From: Lama guanicoe
Taxonomy: Eukaryota
Direction of reading: 5' to 3'
DNA length: 64,000 bases
Assembly (NCBI GenBank): GCA_013239625.1
Contig: MU054187.1
Span: 7,389,757-7,453,756 of the forward strand
Shown: positions 52,598 through 64,000 of the stretch, in pieces
Layout of the letters: every line of letters starts with the position of its first letter
Position numbering within the stretch: position 1 is the stretch's first letter
Position numbers and translations under genes: made by a program
Notes under the pieces: model-generated
The model's database searches: none
What the model saw: only the letters and a program-made list of their open reading frames with translations
What the model was told of the DNA's origin: nothing

Positions 52598-53474
52598 ATC
52601 AGAGAAATGCAAATCAAAACTGCAATGAGGTATCACCTCACAACAGCCAGAATGGCCATCATTCAAAAGTCCATGAACGATAAATACTGGAACGGATGTG
52701 GAGAAAAGGGAACCCTCCTACACTGTTGGTGGGAATGTAATTTGGTGCAGCCACTATGGAAAACAGTGTGGAGATTCCTCAAAAGACTAAAAATAGACTT
52801 ACCATATGATCCAGCAATCCCACTCCTGGGATATATCCAGAAGGAACCCTAATTTGAAAAGATACCTGCACCCCAATGTTCATAGCAGCACTATTTACAA
52901 TAGCCAAGATGTGGAAGCAACTTAAATGTCCATCGACAGATGACTGGATAAAGAAGTTGTGGTGTATTTATACAATGGAATACTACTCAGCCATAAGAAA
53001 GAATAAAATAATGCCATTTACAGCAATATGGATGGACCTGGAGATTGTCATTCTAAGTGAAGTAAGCCAGAAAGAGAAAGAAAAATACCATATGATATCA
53101 CTCATATGTGGAATCTAAAAAAATAAAGAAATAAAAAAGACACTGTGAACTCATCTACAAAACAGAAACAGACTCACAGACATAATAAACAATCTTATGG
53201 TTAATGGGGAAAGGAGGTTGGAAGGGATAAATTTGAGAGTTTGAGATTCACAAATGTTAGCCACTATATATAAAAATAGACTTTGAAAAAAGTTTCTTCT
53301 GTATAGCACAGGGTACTGTATTCAATATCTTGCAACAACCTTTAATGAAAAAGAATATGAAAATGAATATACATATGTATATGCATGGCTGGGACATTGT
53401 GCTGTGCACCAGAAATGGACACATTGTAACTGGCTGTGCTTCAAAATAAATAAACAGACAAATAAATAAATAAA
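52598..53474 (+). mobile_element. 5'-truncated, relatively young L1: ORF2 C-terminus, 3'UTR and A-rich tail
   Basis: ORFs 52607..52852 (MQIKTAMRYHLT...[30 protein letters not shown]) and 52876..53118 ([28 protein letters not shown]) are L1 ORF2p; frameshifted; (AAAT)n tail. Confidence 0.95.
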
Positions 53475-54977
53475 CCTAATTACCCCCCCCCAATTTTTTT
53501 AAAGCTATTAAAAAAATAAAGTAAAATCATACAGAGTTTTAGAGCTGGTACTGTAACTTTGGCATATACAATTAGCTACAACTACTTTCTTCCTTTGTCC
53601 CCCACCCTCACCAATGACTGTCTTTTTCACCTGTTGATGACTGAAGCTTGTGCCTGATTTACGTATGTGACCAAGGGCTTCAAGCTTTTAATAGCTTCAG
53701 CTGCTGAATGGAATTGCCTTTTTACTTGGGGACATTTTCCTCCGATCCCTCTGGCTTCCACTTTTAATTTGGGTTGATTGCCTTCTGGATCTGGAGGCTT
53801 CTCTGTCCTGTGAGAGCTATTTTCATTGCGCTCCTAGCTTAATTCTGCCATCTCGGCTTTGCTGTTTTCTTTTTCTTGGGTTCCCTTCACCTTCTGCAGG
53901 ATGACGTAACCAAGCCAACACGTTTCCCTGCAGATATTTCCCAGTAAGCGCTTTTTCACAAAGAGGACGTACACAGTACAGCGTGTGTCTCTGCATGCGT
54001 GAGGAAGTCCAGTGTCTTCTGTCCACTTGGTGACAGTTTAGAAGGGTGTCTAATTTTAGGTTGCAAATTGTGTTTCCCTCAGAATTTTGAACCATTGCTT
54101 TGTTATCTTCCTAAAATTAGTGTTGTTAGTAAGAGTTCTAAGTCCAGTCTGAAACTTCTTCCCTCCTTCCTTTAATTAATATTAAAATTAAATATTTTAA
54201 TTGTTCCTCACAGGATGTTCCCTTTGCTTTGGTATTCTGAGTTCCACTGATACGCGTACGGACGGATGTCTTTTCATTCATGGTTCTGGGTACTTCCAAG
54301 CTGAAGGTTCATGCCATCCTTGAGTTTAGCCTTAGTTTCCTCTTGTATTTATTTAATTATCTTCCACCCATATTTTACCTATTCTTTTTCATTGGAATTT
54401 ATATTAGACGATTTGAATGTTCTAGAACGAGCCTCCATATCTTTCACTTTCGTTCTTTTATCAACATGTTATTCTCTTTGTTTTCATGTTCTGCATTTTG
54501 ATAGATTTCCTTACCCAGTTCTGTGAAATGTTTCTGTGAAATAGCTGGTGACCCTCGGTTGTTCGTATCTCTTTATGCACGAAGGGCTGGCTGGATTATC
54601 ATCAGCAGCCCGGAGGCTTGGCGCCACTTACATGAACACAAATGCTGAGGGGAGCTCTGTGTTTGCTTGCTCATTGATTTATTTATTTACCTATTAATTT
54701 AACAAATATGTAATAGGTGCTTTTTGGTTGTTCTGGGCAACAGTAAGGCTATGATGGTTAGCAAAATAAAACATGATTCGTGCTCTCATGGACCTTACTG
54801 TTCAGAGGAGGAGACACAATAATCAAAATATGTTCAAATAAATGAAGAATAACACACGAATATATAGGGAAAGAACTATAATTATAGGAAAGCATATAAT
54901 AAAATAAACTGATGTATTAGGACACTTTGGGCTGCTAGAGACAAAACCAACTGAAACTGAACTAAAGAAAAAGAAAC

Positions 54978-55079
54978 TTTATTTTATTTTATTGTTTAAT
55001 TGAAGTACCATCAGTTACAATGTGTCAGTTTCTCATGTACAGCACAGTGTCCCAGTCATGCATATACATACATATATCT
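54978..55079 (-). mobile_element. L1 extreme 3' end (same family as the 52.6-53.5 kb copy)
   Basis: TTGAAGTACCATCAGTTACAATGTGTC...CACAGTGTCCCAGTCATGCATATACATA is the reverse complement of 53370-53445. Confidence 0.8.
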
Positions 55080-55211
55080 GAAGACAAAGAAATTTAATGG
55101 TTCATGCAATGAAGAGCCCAAGTCTCAGATCATATTATTAGAAATGTCTCTCTTCTCCTCACGTGTCTTCTTTTTCTCTGTGTGGTTTTCACTTTTCTTT
55201 CGCATCTAACA

Positions 55212-55281
55212 GAGGCACTGGGGATTGAACTCAGGACCACGTGCATGCTAACCACGCGCTCGACCACTGGGCTGTACCCCT
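55212..55281 (-). mobile_element. tRNA-derived SINE
   Basis: GAGGCACTGGGATTGAACTCAGGACC...CTCGACCACTGGGCTGTACCCC, same family as the other copies. Confidence 0.8.
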
Positions 55282-57714
55282 CAGTGAAAACTCACCCCCT
55301 TGCCTTCACTTCTAAGTGGTGACAAAGATGGCCACCAGTGGTCTGAGTCTACATCTACAGGTGAAGCAACTCTGTCCTAACCACTAAGCAACGTACAACT
55401 CCTAACGTAACCGTCTTCTATTGCTTAAGCAAACCCGGTGAACAGATAGATGTCTTTCTCAAGTTCAGAAGGGGGCTCTGTCCTCTCAATCTACTGCTCT
55501 GCCTGAAAGCAGGGAGTGCTCTGAGTGCCTAGGCATGTGTGTGTCCCTAGTCGGGGGATGGAGTCAGCCAGGGAGCCTTAGTTAAAGGAATTTTAGGTCC
55601 AGAAAGAAAAATAAGCCAAGACAGTGGATATGCAGTGGAAAGTGCACAATATTTGGCTTTTGATGGATTTGTGTTCAAGCTCAGCTTTCCTGTCTTGATG
55701 CTTTGTGATCAGGGGCAAATGAATCACCTGTCTCAGCATTTCCTTCCCCTTTAAAGGAGTAAATCTGTCTTACACGGTTTTGAGTATATGATGTGATGGA
55801 GGCAATGTGCCCTGCACAAAGGAGCTACTCAATAAATAGCAGCCCTACTTTTAGAAGAGTGTGATAAACACTCATGTCCTTACAACTTGTCTTAAAAAAA
55901 ATTGCCATGTATGTACACACTTGCCCTGGTTCACCTTTCTCTGATCATATCCTCTTACCTGTTTCTAATAGGATAACCACTGAATGTTTTAATATTGGTA
56001 AGCTTTACATAAGCAGTATTATACTACATTTATTCTCCTGCAGCTCGCTTTTTAAATTCAACATTGTACTTGTGAGATTTCTCCTTGTCGATACATGTAG
56101 CCATAATCACTGATTCATACTCTTACATAATAGCCAGTATCTGAATACGTTGTGATATTTAAAATCCATTCTCTCTTTACTGGATATTTCAGTTATTTAT
56201 ATTATTTTGCTCTTAGAGGTACAACTGCTTTGGACATTCTCATGCCTGTCTCCATATAAATTTTCTCCAGGGCACAGATGGAGGAATGAAATTACTTGGG
56301 CTGTAAGGTAGGAATTTATCCAGCTTAACTAGATTTCATGAAACTGTTTTTGGAAGTTGAGTTAATCACTTACAGATATGGGACAGAGCAGGGGACAGAT
56401 AAGATGTGGACATTTCTATCACTGATAATATGTACAGAGAGCCCAGAGCGGGAGAAGGAATCCGGTAACTGTTCTGGGAAATAGAAGACGCTTTACAGAG
56501 GAAGTGATATCTCTAGTCCTGAAGAATGAACAAACTAGGGAGGGGCATTTCAAGCCGATGGGGCACCCAGTACAAAGACGTCGAGGTGAGTTAAGGAAAT
56601 AATAATACTAATGGTAGCTAATACATTTACAGAGAATTTATCACCTAGCACTCACCAAGCTAAGATTTCTCCATGGAATGTAAACCTCATTAATCAATTC
56701 TAATGAAATAATCCTCATATAAACCCTCTGATGTTGGCTAGAAAGGGCCAAGTATTGTTGAAGCTCAATAAAAATGTGTGGAAGGACCAAAAGTTGAACT
56801 ATGCCTCCTTTGGAAACAGGTACAGAAACATACAACCTGTCCATCGCACGTGGCTGCTCTGCTCTGACTGGATGGAGCGAGGAGGATGGTTTCTACTCTT
56901 GCTAAAGCAGAGGAGAGAGGCAGCTGGAATGAATGATCAGATGAGGGCTGAATATAAAAATTTAATGGACATAGATTATTTGAATGACACCAACCTGAAT
57001 TCAAGTTTTATATTAATTTTACTTTGCAGACTCAATGTCTGTGTGAAAACCTCCTTCCCTGCTCTTCAGATTCCTCATCCATTGTTCTCTAAACCTTTTA
57101 ATACTGTCATCAGTCTTAATTCCTTGGTGACACCTTATGCTAACCCACAGCCTCAAAGTATGTCCATTGTAATTACTTTCCTGAGATACTTGGTGACAAG
57201 TTTGATCTCATTATAAATTGTTGAATGGTTGCTGGAACCAATTTTATTCACCTTGATGTTTGGAGAAATTGATATCCTTCTTGGTTTTCTGCTTGACTTG
57301 ATGGTGTTCTAACAATTACGGAGATTTATTAAGGTGTTTCAGAAATTGTTTCTTCCGTGTTGGAAATGTAGCCTCTCGACTTTCAAAACTGAGAAGATGT
57401 GGAAGCTTCTGTTGTTGTTTTGCAAAAGCAAGCTTTTCTTGGAGCTGAATAGTTTTGCCTTTAGGAGAAGCCTGTTATCAATAGACTATGTGAGGCATCA
57501 TATATACTACACAAAGCTTAGAAAATCACTCGGCAGACATAGCTTAAAAGATTTCAATGCAGTCAGGTAAGATTCTGAGCCATGCAGATGACATTCAAGA
57601 GTGGAAGTAGATTTTTTGCTTTTTGTTTTGTTCTTTTCTCTTTTAAAGGAAGAAGTGTGGACGGAAGGAAAGAGAAAAAAATGACAAAAATCTAAAAATG
57701 CCCTCAAATTTTTT

Positions 57715-58110
57715 TTCCTTATAATAAAATTCCTTTCAGTGAAACTAGAAGAAATGAGGGAAATGCAAAATCACCATTAGGCAAACACCATAATAATCAT
57801 TATTTCAGGCGAAATTCACCAGGAGACCCTAACATTGATGGGAGACACTTTGAGGAAAAACAGGATATTTGCATGGTCTCCAAGTGTCCCCCTCCAATGT
57901 ACTTATTAATTAGAAAGGGGAAAATATTAATTTACAGCAGAGAAAACTGGTAGACACCACCTCAACCAAACGGTCACGGTTAACATCACTCACAGTAAGA
58001 CCTCTCAACCCCGTGCGCCCCAACACGAGCACTGAGAGGTGCACATCTGTGTGGTTCTTGACGAAAACACACATCCTCAATCTAATCATGAGAAAGCATC
58101 AGACAAGCCC
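57715..58110 (+). mobile_element. L1MC-type 3' fragment
   Basis: GAAATGCAAAATCACCATTAGGCAAACACCA...GAGAAAACTGGTAGACACCACCTCAACCAA...TCTAATCATGAGAAAGCATCAGACAA. Confidence 0.75.
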
Positions 58111-58599
58111 GTGCTGCCCTCACGTTTTGAACTGAAGTTGTTTAAAAACCTGATACTGTTGAGTGCTCTCAAGGTTGAGTCTTACGTCACTACCGAATGA
58201 AGTAGCTGATGTGACGTTAAGTCTGAAAAGGCTGATCTGTGATGCCAGCTTCTTCTACATCCTGTCTCCCCCTCACCCCTCTCCTCCTCCGCCCTTCCCT
58301 TCTTCTCCTCTCTTCCTTCCTTTCCTCACTTTTCAATTCTTTAAATTAGAATTTTTTCTTTATATATATGCACACATACATATATGTGTATATATGTGAT
58401 TTAATGTAAAGGCTTAAATGGAATCCTTCATAAAACTTTTAGGGCTATGATTTCTTTTCCCCTTTCGTTTGCCTCCCTTTGCTTCTCTCCTTCACTCCTC
58501 CCCAGATCAGGCCAACCTGACCTCTTACGAATGTGTTTTATTCTGTGCTCTATAATTATAAACCAACTGCATATAGATACACTGCTGTGGACACAGGTA

Positions 58600-59820
58600 T
58601 ACAAACAGAAGGCAATTTTTCCGTTCTTTAAAAAATGACATTATAGTACTCCTACTTTTATGCATTTTCTTTTTCTAAGAAAACGTCAAGGAACTCTCTC
58701 CAAGTAGGTAGCAGAATTCTAGCTCGTTCTTTGAAATAACGCAAATTATTTCACGATGTGAATTTATCTTCATACATTCAACCATCCCCCAAACTGACAG
58801 CCATCCTCTTTGCTTGTGGCTCCTTACCGTCAGAAACAGTTCTGCAGAAAACATACTTATCGATAGCTTTAGATACCTTTATTTTCCAGTAGAATTGCTC
58901 CATCAAAGGGGGTAAGTGTATGCAATTTTGTTCGATGTAAATTTTCTTCTATGCCTAGATTATATATGTGGTCTCCTACCTTTTCTCCTAACATGTTTAT
59001 TTATTTTATTTATCTATACAGAAGAGTCTCGTGTACACCTGGAGATGCTTTGTACGCGATGTGAGTAAACGCCCGTCCGCTTTTACTTCCTCCTTATGCA
59101 GCGCTGGCTTTGCCACTGAGCTTTTTAAATGAATCAGTTCATTACTTATGAAATGAACATATCCCTTTGTCACACATACACTGAGATCTATTTCTGGATT
59201 ACCTATTTTATTGCATTGACTTATTATTTTCCCTCTGTTTTCATGTCAATACCATAATGGTTTTATGACAGTGGCTTTATAGTACATCCCCTATTGTCAT
59301 TTGATTTTTATTTTTTAATTTTTTTTAGTTTTTGCTAATGGAGGTGCTGGGGATTGAACCCAGGACCTCATGCTTGTAAGCATGCGCTCTATCAGTGAGC
59401 TATTCGCCCCACCCCTGTCATTCAATTTTTAAATAGCTTTCTTGGCTATTCTGGATATTATTCTTACATATGAAATTCGAGGTAACCCTAATGAAATAAA
59501 AGATTCTTTTGGGATACTGATTTGAATTACATTGATTTACATGATTGCTTTTGGGCGAATTGACATTGTTATTATCACCTTCCCAAGCAACAATGTTGCG
59601 TCTTTGCATTTGTTCCAGTGTTGGTCTGTGTCTTGTAGTAACACTTGTGCTGCTCTTCATGCACATGACCTCGTATTGCCACTGCTTCTAGTTGTCACTT
59701 CCGTGAATGGAACACTTTTTCCATTTGCATTTATAAGTGTTATTACTTCCGCAGAGAAAAGCTATTGATTCAGAAGTATTTCTCTTGAACCCAGCAGGCG
59801 GATTATTTCAGTGAGTTTCT
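58600..59820 (-). mobile_element. Old degenerate L1 (L1ME-type) fragments
   Basis: CATTCAACCATCCCC, AGTAGAATTGCT, TCTATTTCTGGA, TTTCTTGGCTATTCT, GAATTGACAT, GTGAATGG antisense L1 motifs. Confidence 0.6.
59311..59415 (-). mobile_element. tRNA-derived SINE inserted in an old L1
   Basis: ATGGAGGTGCTGGGGATTGAACCCAGGACC...; TSD TGTCATTTGATTTTTA (59295-59310) / TGTCATTCAATTTTTA (59416-59431). Confidence 0.88.
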
Positions 59821-59975
59821 TCATCAGATTTACCATCCATTCAAGAGCTATGCACTGCGTACTCTTCTAAGCACTAAGGATGGAGCCGCTGACAGAGCAC
59901 ACAGGACCTCTGCCCTAATGCAACTCACATTCGAACGCTTACAGTAAGCGGAGGGGGACGTATGGTCTCAGTCAT

Positions 59976-60622
59976 TGAGACTGAGGGGCAGGACAGGCTG
60001 AAGGGGCAAACTCAGAGTGTTTATACGACTTAATGGTGTCCCTGCACAATGTGTCAAAGCGGCAGTCAACCCAGAGAGTGACTCTCCTCCCCATCTGACT
60101 TTCCTGGCAGGAAAGAGCTCTCTGGAGGAGGCCCCTCTGTCTTGTGAGTTTAGCAGAGCTGTGCCGTCCCTAACCTTAAACCAGGCCCCGCCATGCGCCG
60201 CTCATCTCCCCCCCAGATCTTCTGCTGACACAACACATTGCTGAACCTGTTGGTTCTTCCCATAGGTCAAAGGAGGAAAAATGAAGACAAAGTAACTAAC
60301 ATATGAGCAGACCTCTCCCCTAGCTTCCCCTTCGGTAATGTTGTGAACAGACTGTGTGAGCAAGATAGTATCTAAAGAAAGGTCACGAGGAGTCAACAAG
60401 TCCGTTGCCTACTCCAGGGTTAACTGCAATCATGTCCCCTTTTCCAATTAAAAACCTTCATGGCCAAGCAGAATTCTCGGAGCTGGTTTGGGGGACATCA
60501 GTCTGCCTTCTTTCCAGATTCCTGGCTTTCTGATTAAAAGCAACGTTTTCTGTTTTAGTGAACACTTGCCTCTCACGTATTGGTTTTTGAGTGGCGAGCA
60601 GCCAGACCTGAGCTCAGTAACA
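59976..60622 (+). mobile_element. Solo ERV1-type LTR (~650 nt)
   Basis: Begins TGAGACTGAG and ends CTCAGTAACA (TG...CA, 8/10 inverted match); ATTAAA polyA-like signal ~60533; 3' end TTGGTTTTTGAGTGGCGAGCAGCCAGACCTG; TSD unclear. Confidence 0.65.
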
Positions 60623-62599
60623 AGTCCTCTCCGCCACTGTCAGAGGCTTCCACAACTTTCCCCCTCAGAGCCCCTGTATTTCCCCACTACATCTTTTCTT
60701 TCCTGCTTCACATGCTTTCAGAGTGTAGGTGCTCTGAGACAGATCTTTCAACTTATGAAGTTGGGACGCACCAAAAATCCGTGTGTTGCCATTTAGAACT
60801 CAAGAAGGAAGGTAATGCAAAACAGGGCTGTTATTTACCTAACCTTTACTAGAGACCAGTGAGTTAATCACTACATCATCTTTAGTTCCTTTATCCATAT
60901 ATTTGTAGACTTTTCGTTGATTTTCATCACAAAACAGTGTCGAGTGCTTCGTTAAGGTGTAAGTAGACGGTTATTCCTCTGGTCCTCCTAGGTACTCATT
61001 CAATTATGTCAAAAGACATGATGCCATCTGATGTGGCTCAGCCGCTTATAAGTGCGCATTGATAACTTGGCTACATAGCCCTCTTTCCGAGACAGACAAA
61101 GTTAATTTCCTTGTTGTGTTTTCAAATAATTTTTGAGATACCAAGATACAAGTCATTTTAGTGATTAACAATTGACTCTACCTCTTCTGAAACTTGACTC
61201 ACACCATTGTCTATAGCTCTGGAATAATTCCTTTGATGACTATGATAAATCAAAGATATCTTGTCCAATAATTTTGCTGCCTCATAATCCTGATAAGATT
61301 GTTAGTCTTTATTATTGCCTGTCTAGACTCTCGCATCCAGGGGTTGATTATGACAAATCTGAATTGTACATTAATCCCTCTCTAGTTTTGTTTTCAAGCA
61401 TATTAACTGAAATTTATAAACCAATTTCTGTTTATGTGCCTCTGGAACAAGCATAGGGCACTCAGTGGTTGCAGAGGCTTCATGGGCATAGTTATTGGTG
61501 ATCAATAAAAGATTCTATAAGTGATTAGCTATTTAACTTTGGGGAGGGGGGAGCCCAGATAGACTAAGGGATGAGCTCCATGGCAGACAGAAGTGAGCTG
61601 AGTGCCTGGGAATCATGCTTCCTGTGAGTGAGAGACGCTCAAAGGCTGGAGTCATGTCAGTGTCCTCTGCTGTCTCCCCTCTCCCTGCTGCCAAGAACCA
61701 CGTACTCTGCATTCTGTTAATGTGATTTCTTAGTATTTTCCCTTATTATTATGAGGTTCTCCCAGGTGGACATTATGTTCTTTGAAAATAAAAATTATGT
61801 CTTTATTTCTTCATTTTTGACCAATCTTTATCACCCAGTCCAGAGCCACACAAACATACATGTGACACTTAATGAATGCTATTGACATGTGGGTTCAGGG
61901 GGGCTAAGCCCGGCCAGGCGGCCTGGGGAGGGGGCAGGTTATGCAGTTGCTGGTTGTGCTATGTCAGTGAGATAAAACCTCCCATGCTGTTTTCCTGCTA
62001 TCGAAACATCTTAATTCAGAAATATCAACATAAGGTTAAGCAGCTGAGGCAAGTCCTTAGGGAAACCGGAGTATATGAAACAATTTCTGATTAGTCAAGT
62101 TTAGCTCCCCCATTGGGGGGCGGGTAGTAAATTGCCTCTTTTAGGGCGTAGCAGCGGGTAGCAACTGGCTGTCCAGATGATGCGCCCCTCTGCTTGGAAA
62201 TGCGCAGACAGCTGGAGAATGATCAGAATCAGAATGCCCCTCTACACTGGGTCACTGGGAGCAGTACCTTTGGGCTGAGAGCTTCGCCCTTTAAGGAAGT
62301 AGCATAAAGGTGTAGGTTGAATTCAGTGCCTATTTCCCATTTTCCTCATGTTTGAGTGTGGATTCCTTACATTCTTGGCTATTTTGAAAATACCAAGAAA
62401 TACTGGTCTTTCAAGAGGCCAAACTCATAATAGGAGGAGCAGTTATGAAGAAAGTTCTCTTAAATGTTTACATGGGGAGGAGGGTAGAAGGTTGGTTATT
62501 GATTTGCACCTTTGGTAGAAGCTGATTGAAAATTCAGGGTTAGAACTATGCATTCTCCTTGAGTCTAGGCTATGCGACCATTTAGGACAGAATGCTGGT

Positions 62600-62850
62600 C
62601 ATTGCTACCGTTAATTATATGTTCATTGTGTGCCACACCCTCTATACATCCACAGTTAGTCCTCACAACAAATCTGAAAGGTAGGTGAAATTATCCTTAT
62701 TTTGCAGACGAGGATATGAGGTACAGAGCATGCAGAGCAGTTAGGTTATTTACCGAAAGTCACTCAGCTAATAAGCAGCAGAACCTTGTATGGCTTGGAT
62801 CTGCGGGAATAGAACTCAGAAACCGATGAGCTGTTCAAAACTCTGCCCTA
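62600..62850. mobile_element. MIR
   Basis: TAGTCCTCACAACAA..GGTAGGT..TTATCCTTATTTTGCAGACGAGGATATGAGGTACAGAG...GTCACTCAGCTAATAAG. Confidence 0.7.
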
Positions 62851-63162
62851 TGCTAACAAAATAACATGAAGTGACCTTTACAAAGACTATTTCTCATTAT
62901 TTTGGGGTTGAATTCATAGGCAGGGACCTTGCTTTCTATCATAATTAATAATCCACTACAGACATGTTTGAGTGAAGAATTTCTTTGGGCTTATCACTAA
63001 TATAAATGGACATTTTACAGGTAATTATCTAAATCTCTACTTGCACTTACTTTATGGCAATATATTTAAATTTGCATCAGCATACACATAATGGTAAACT
63101 TCAATTTGTTTCGTTAATAGACACACAGTTTTAATATTAAAATTATGGTAGGAAACCACATT

Positions 63163-63181
63163 TGGCCACCAGATGGCAGCA
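63163..63181 (+). promoter_or_regulatory. CTCF-binding motif
   Basis: TGGCCACCAGATGGCAGCA closely matches the CTCF core consensus. Confidence 0.65.
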
Positions 63182-63884
63182 ATGCAGGATTTTAAAAGCC
63201 TTTCAAACAAAATCTCTTCCAGAGACTGTATCTTAAATTTTGTTAATTCAGTTTGTGCCCTACTGAAATATACCTTCATATTATCTCAGGAGAAAGTGTA
63301 TTTCATTTTGGCATAGGGAAAGTGAGCTAACCTCTGAATTATTGGAAGCCTGGATTAATGAGGTTTTAATATATAGACATGTTTACAATAATTAACAGGA
63401 TAAATTCTTTTTCTTAAGGAATCGATCACACTCATTACAGCATATAAATATGTAGTTTAAAGTATAAATGGTTCTTATCTGGAAGTAGAACAGAATAAAC
63501 TGTATTTAGTTGCACTTATTAGCAGTTTTAAGTTAGATTATGGACTTTATGATAATGACACTGCATTTTAATAACACAGTGTAAGATTTAGGCTGTTCTC
63601 TCCCAGTTAGTCTGAATTAGTGTTTATTTTATTATATGTTTCCACACTAAATTCAAATATGGTAATGGTGTAAGTACTGATGATGATACTAATAATATAT
63701 TACATCAAAGGAGTTCTGAATAGTTGACCAAGCATTTTCCTATAATCTATCTTATTTTGTGATTGATAGCTGGTAGACTGATTAATGTATAAGATCAGAA
63801 ATTGTAGAAAGATATTACAATATTTGTTCAGGAAATACTTCCTTAACTCTTTCTTACTTCCCTAGATGACTATGTGGCCCTCCT

Positions 63885-64000
63885 GACAAACATAAACAAA
63901 CATAGAGGTGGGGGGGGGAGGATGAGAGGGGATAAATAGGGAGTTTGAGATTTGCAGATACTAATATGTATAAAATAGATAAACAACAAGTTTGTACTGT
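63885..64000 (+). mobile_element. L1 3'UTR fragment (runs off the window)
   Basis: GGGATAAATAGGGAGTTTGAGATTTGCAGATACTAATATGTATAAAATAGATAAACAACAAG, similar to 53224-53280. Confidence 0.8.

Noticed and set aside
52607..53118. L1 ORF2 as a functional gene
   Set aside because: 5'-truncated and frameshifted retrotransposon fragment.
56731..57216. 161-aa ORF
   Set aside because: Non-ATG start, begins in MIR-like sequence, no recognisable domain.
548..59415. tRNA genes suggested by A/B boxes, and all five SINE copies lying on the minus strand
   Set aside because: They are SINEs (tails, TSDs, no cloverleaf); five of five on one strand is too small a sample to be meaningful.
1..64000. CRISPR arrays, operons, rRNA or other prokaryote-type systems
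   Set aside because: Sequence is mammalian with spliced gene structure; no repeat-spacer array or rRNA-like segment seen.

Overview
Mammalian genomic DNA, probably camelid judging by its short tRNA-derived Vic-1-like SINEs. It contains one complete protein-coding gene on the + strand, YTHDF3 (m6A reader). The gene has a CpG-island bidirectional-type promoter (~8.4-9.6 kb), five coding exons (9269-9292, 9779-9803, 15457-15542, 24002-25697, 39384-39407) and a ~3.1 kb 3'UTR ending near 42.51 kb. The rest is intronic or intergenic DNA with L1, L2, MIR, SINE, LTR and Tigger/hAT remnants. As written, exon 4 carries a 96-nt tandem duplication plus one extra A (24818-25010). This frameshifts the gene before the YTH domain; an assembly artefact is the most likely cause, and removing those 97 nt restores a 585-aa ORF. 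Other points of interest are a local GC/CpG surge rewriting the P/Q low-complexity region, a MIR-associated alternative exon in intron 2 that gives a different N-terminus, a tandem splice acceptor at exon 3, minus-strand splice donors suggesting a divergent lncRNA, an orphan CpG island downstream, and CTCF-like motifs. I found no supportable evidence of a wholly new multi-gene system. Repeat family names and comparisons with human or mouse come from recall, not from a search, and repeat boundaries are approximate.
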